A stretch of DNA of 64,000 nucleotides from Dehalococcoidia bacterium. GTDB taxonomy: Bacteria > Chloroflexota > Dehalococcoidia > Lucifugimonadales > UBA3495. The position numbers and the translations under genes were made by a program. A model generated the notes under the pieces. The model was not told where the DNA came from and did not search any database. It saw nothing but the letters and a program-made list of their open reading frames with translations. Below, piece by piece: positions 63,382-64,000 of the stretch; position 1 is the stretch's first letter, and every line of letters begins with the position of its first letter. The stretch spans positions 1,300,768 to 1,364,767 of the forward strand of contig CBDESR010000005.1 in assembly GCA_965242615.1 (NCBI GenBank), given 5' to 3'.

Positions 63382-64000
63382 TCGTGGCGGCTGGGGCTGT
63401 AACCCGCCGCTGTATGACCGTCACCACCCCAAAAGCCGCCCCCGCCAATACCGCCCCGGCCGCCGCATCCAGCACAAAATGATTGCCGGTGATGACGATG
63501 GCGCAAAAAGTCAGTGCCGGGTAAGCCAAGCCTAATGCCTTCCACCCGCCCGGCAGTTCCCGCACAAACAGCGTCCCCAAAACGCAAGTCCAACTGAAAT
63601 GCAGGCTCGGCATTGCCGCGTTGGTGTTGTAAAAGGCCGCCATCCCCGGCCCGCCGTAAAACACCGGCCCATAAACCTGTATCGTATCCACCAAATATGG
63701 CGTCTTAAACGGCGGCGCCACCGGCAGCAGCGCAAAAATCACCAACGCCATTGCCAAATTCACCACCAGCACATTGCGGTAGTAGTAATAGACCCGCCGG
63801 CGGACCAAGTAGCAAACCAGCGCCGCCGCCAGAATAACCGGCCAGTAAGTCAGGATATAAACCCAGTTCAGGGCAATAGCCAGCGGCCGGGCGTACTCAA
63901 CAACCCACCCTTGCATCGCCGGCTCCACGAACAGCCCCAGCGACCGCTCCCAGGCCATCAGCGCGGCGGCATTATCCAAGGCCGCCCTTTCCCCGCCCAC
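63374..64000 (-). CDS. PAP2-superfamily (PAP2_3-like) membrane phosphatase/transferase; 5' end probably outside the window
   Basis: AMPSLHFSW and GNHFVLD motifs. The M at 64000 is only a GTG at the window edge. Confidence 0.7.
   Translation of the reverse strand: MGGERAALDNAAALMAWERSLGLFVEPAMQGWVVEYARPLAIALNWVYILTYWPVILAAALVCYLVRRRVYYYYRNVLVVNLAMALVIFALLPVAPPFKTPYLVDTIQVYGPVFYGGPGMAAFYNTNAAMPSLHFSWTCVLGTLFVRELPGGWKALGLAYPALTFCAIVITGNHFVLDAAAGAVLAGAAFGVVTVIQRRVTAPAATTI

Overview
This is a high-GC bacterial chromosomal window (GC judged by eye, not computed; taxon not determinable, and a Chloroflexota-like origin is only a guess). It holds about 70 protein genes and one tRNA-Pro(GGG). I found no rRNA and no CRISPR array. 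Housekeeping genes include RecQ, aconitase, a chlorite-dismutase-family ChdC/HemQ-like gene, an M24 peptidase, CoA-transferase subunit B, a MaoC hotdog pair with two SDRs, two Zn-ADHs, RadC and a CoxE-type VWA protein. They are interrupted by several accessory patches. (i) 7.0-9.5 kb: a type II R-M pair plus VapBC. (ii) 12.2-17.0 kb: two gamma-class N6-adenine methyltransferase genes, one ATGA-coupled to a 310-aa partner. (iii) 20.0-35.3 kb: a visibly more AT-rich hotspot between the ChdC-like gene and aconitase, bracketed by interleaved direct repeats. It carries a fused ABC-ATPase/Toprim(DUF4435) OLD/PARIS-like gene, a TIR/NDT-like gene and a tightly packed six-gene minus-strand operon: GHKL ATPase, unknown protein, PAPS-reductase-like PP-loop enzyme with an unassigned N-domain, SF2 DEAH helicase, MORC-like GHKL ATPase and PLD nuclease. 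This gene set matches no defence system I can name. It is my best candidate for a new modification/restriction-type system. (iv) 37.8-39.9 kb: an IS graveyard (IS5-family remnant, MT-A70 fragment, IS6-family element, IS1595 remnant). (v) tRNA-Pro with an upstream IR-bounded MITE-like element and downstream HicAB. (vi) 47.7-48.8 kb: a 398-bp tandem duplication whose second copy is hit by a 310-bp IS6-type IR element with an 8-bp target duplication that carries a 77-aa ORF instead of a transposase. The window also contains tandem paralog pairs (retropepsin-like proteases, PT-linker S26 peptidase-like lipoproteins, tail-anchored coiled-coil proteins). The ORF track omits one edge-truncated gene (1..2048, minus strand) and all ORFs under 60 aa. 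Many listed long ORFs are antisense shadows typical of high-GC DNA.
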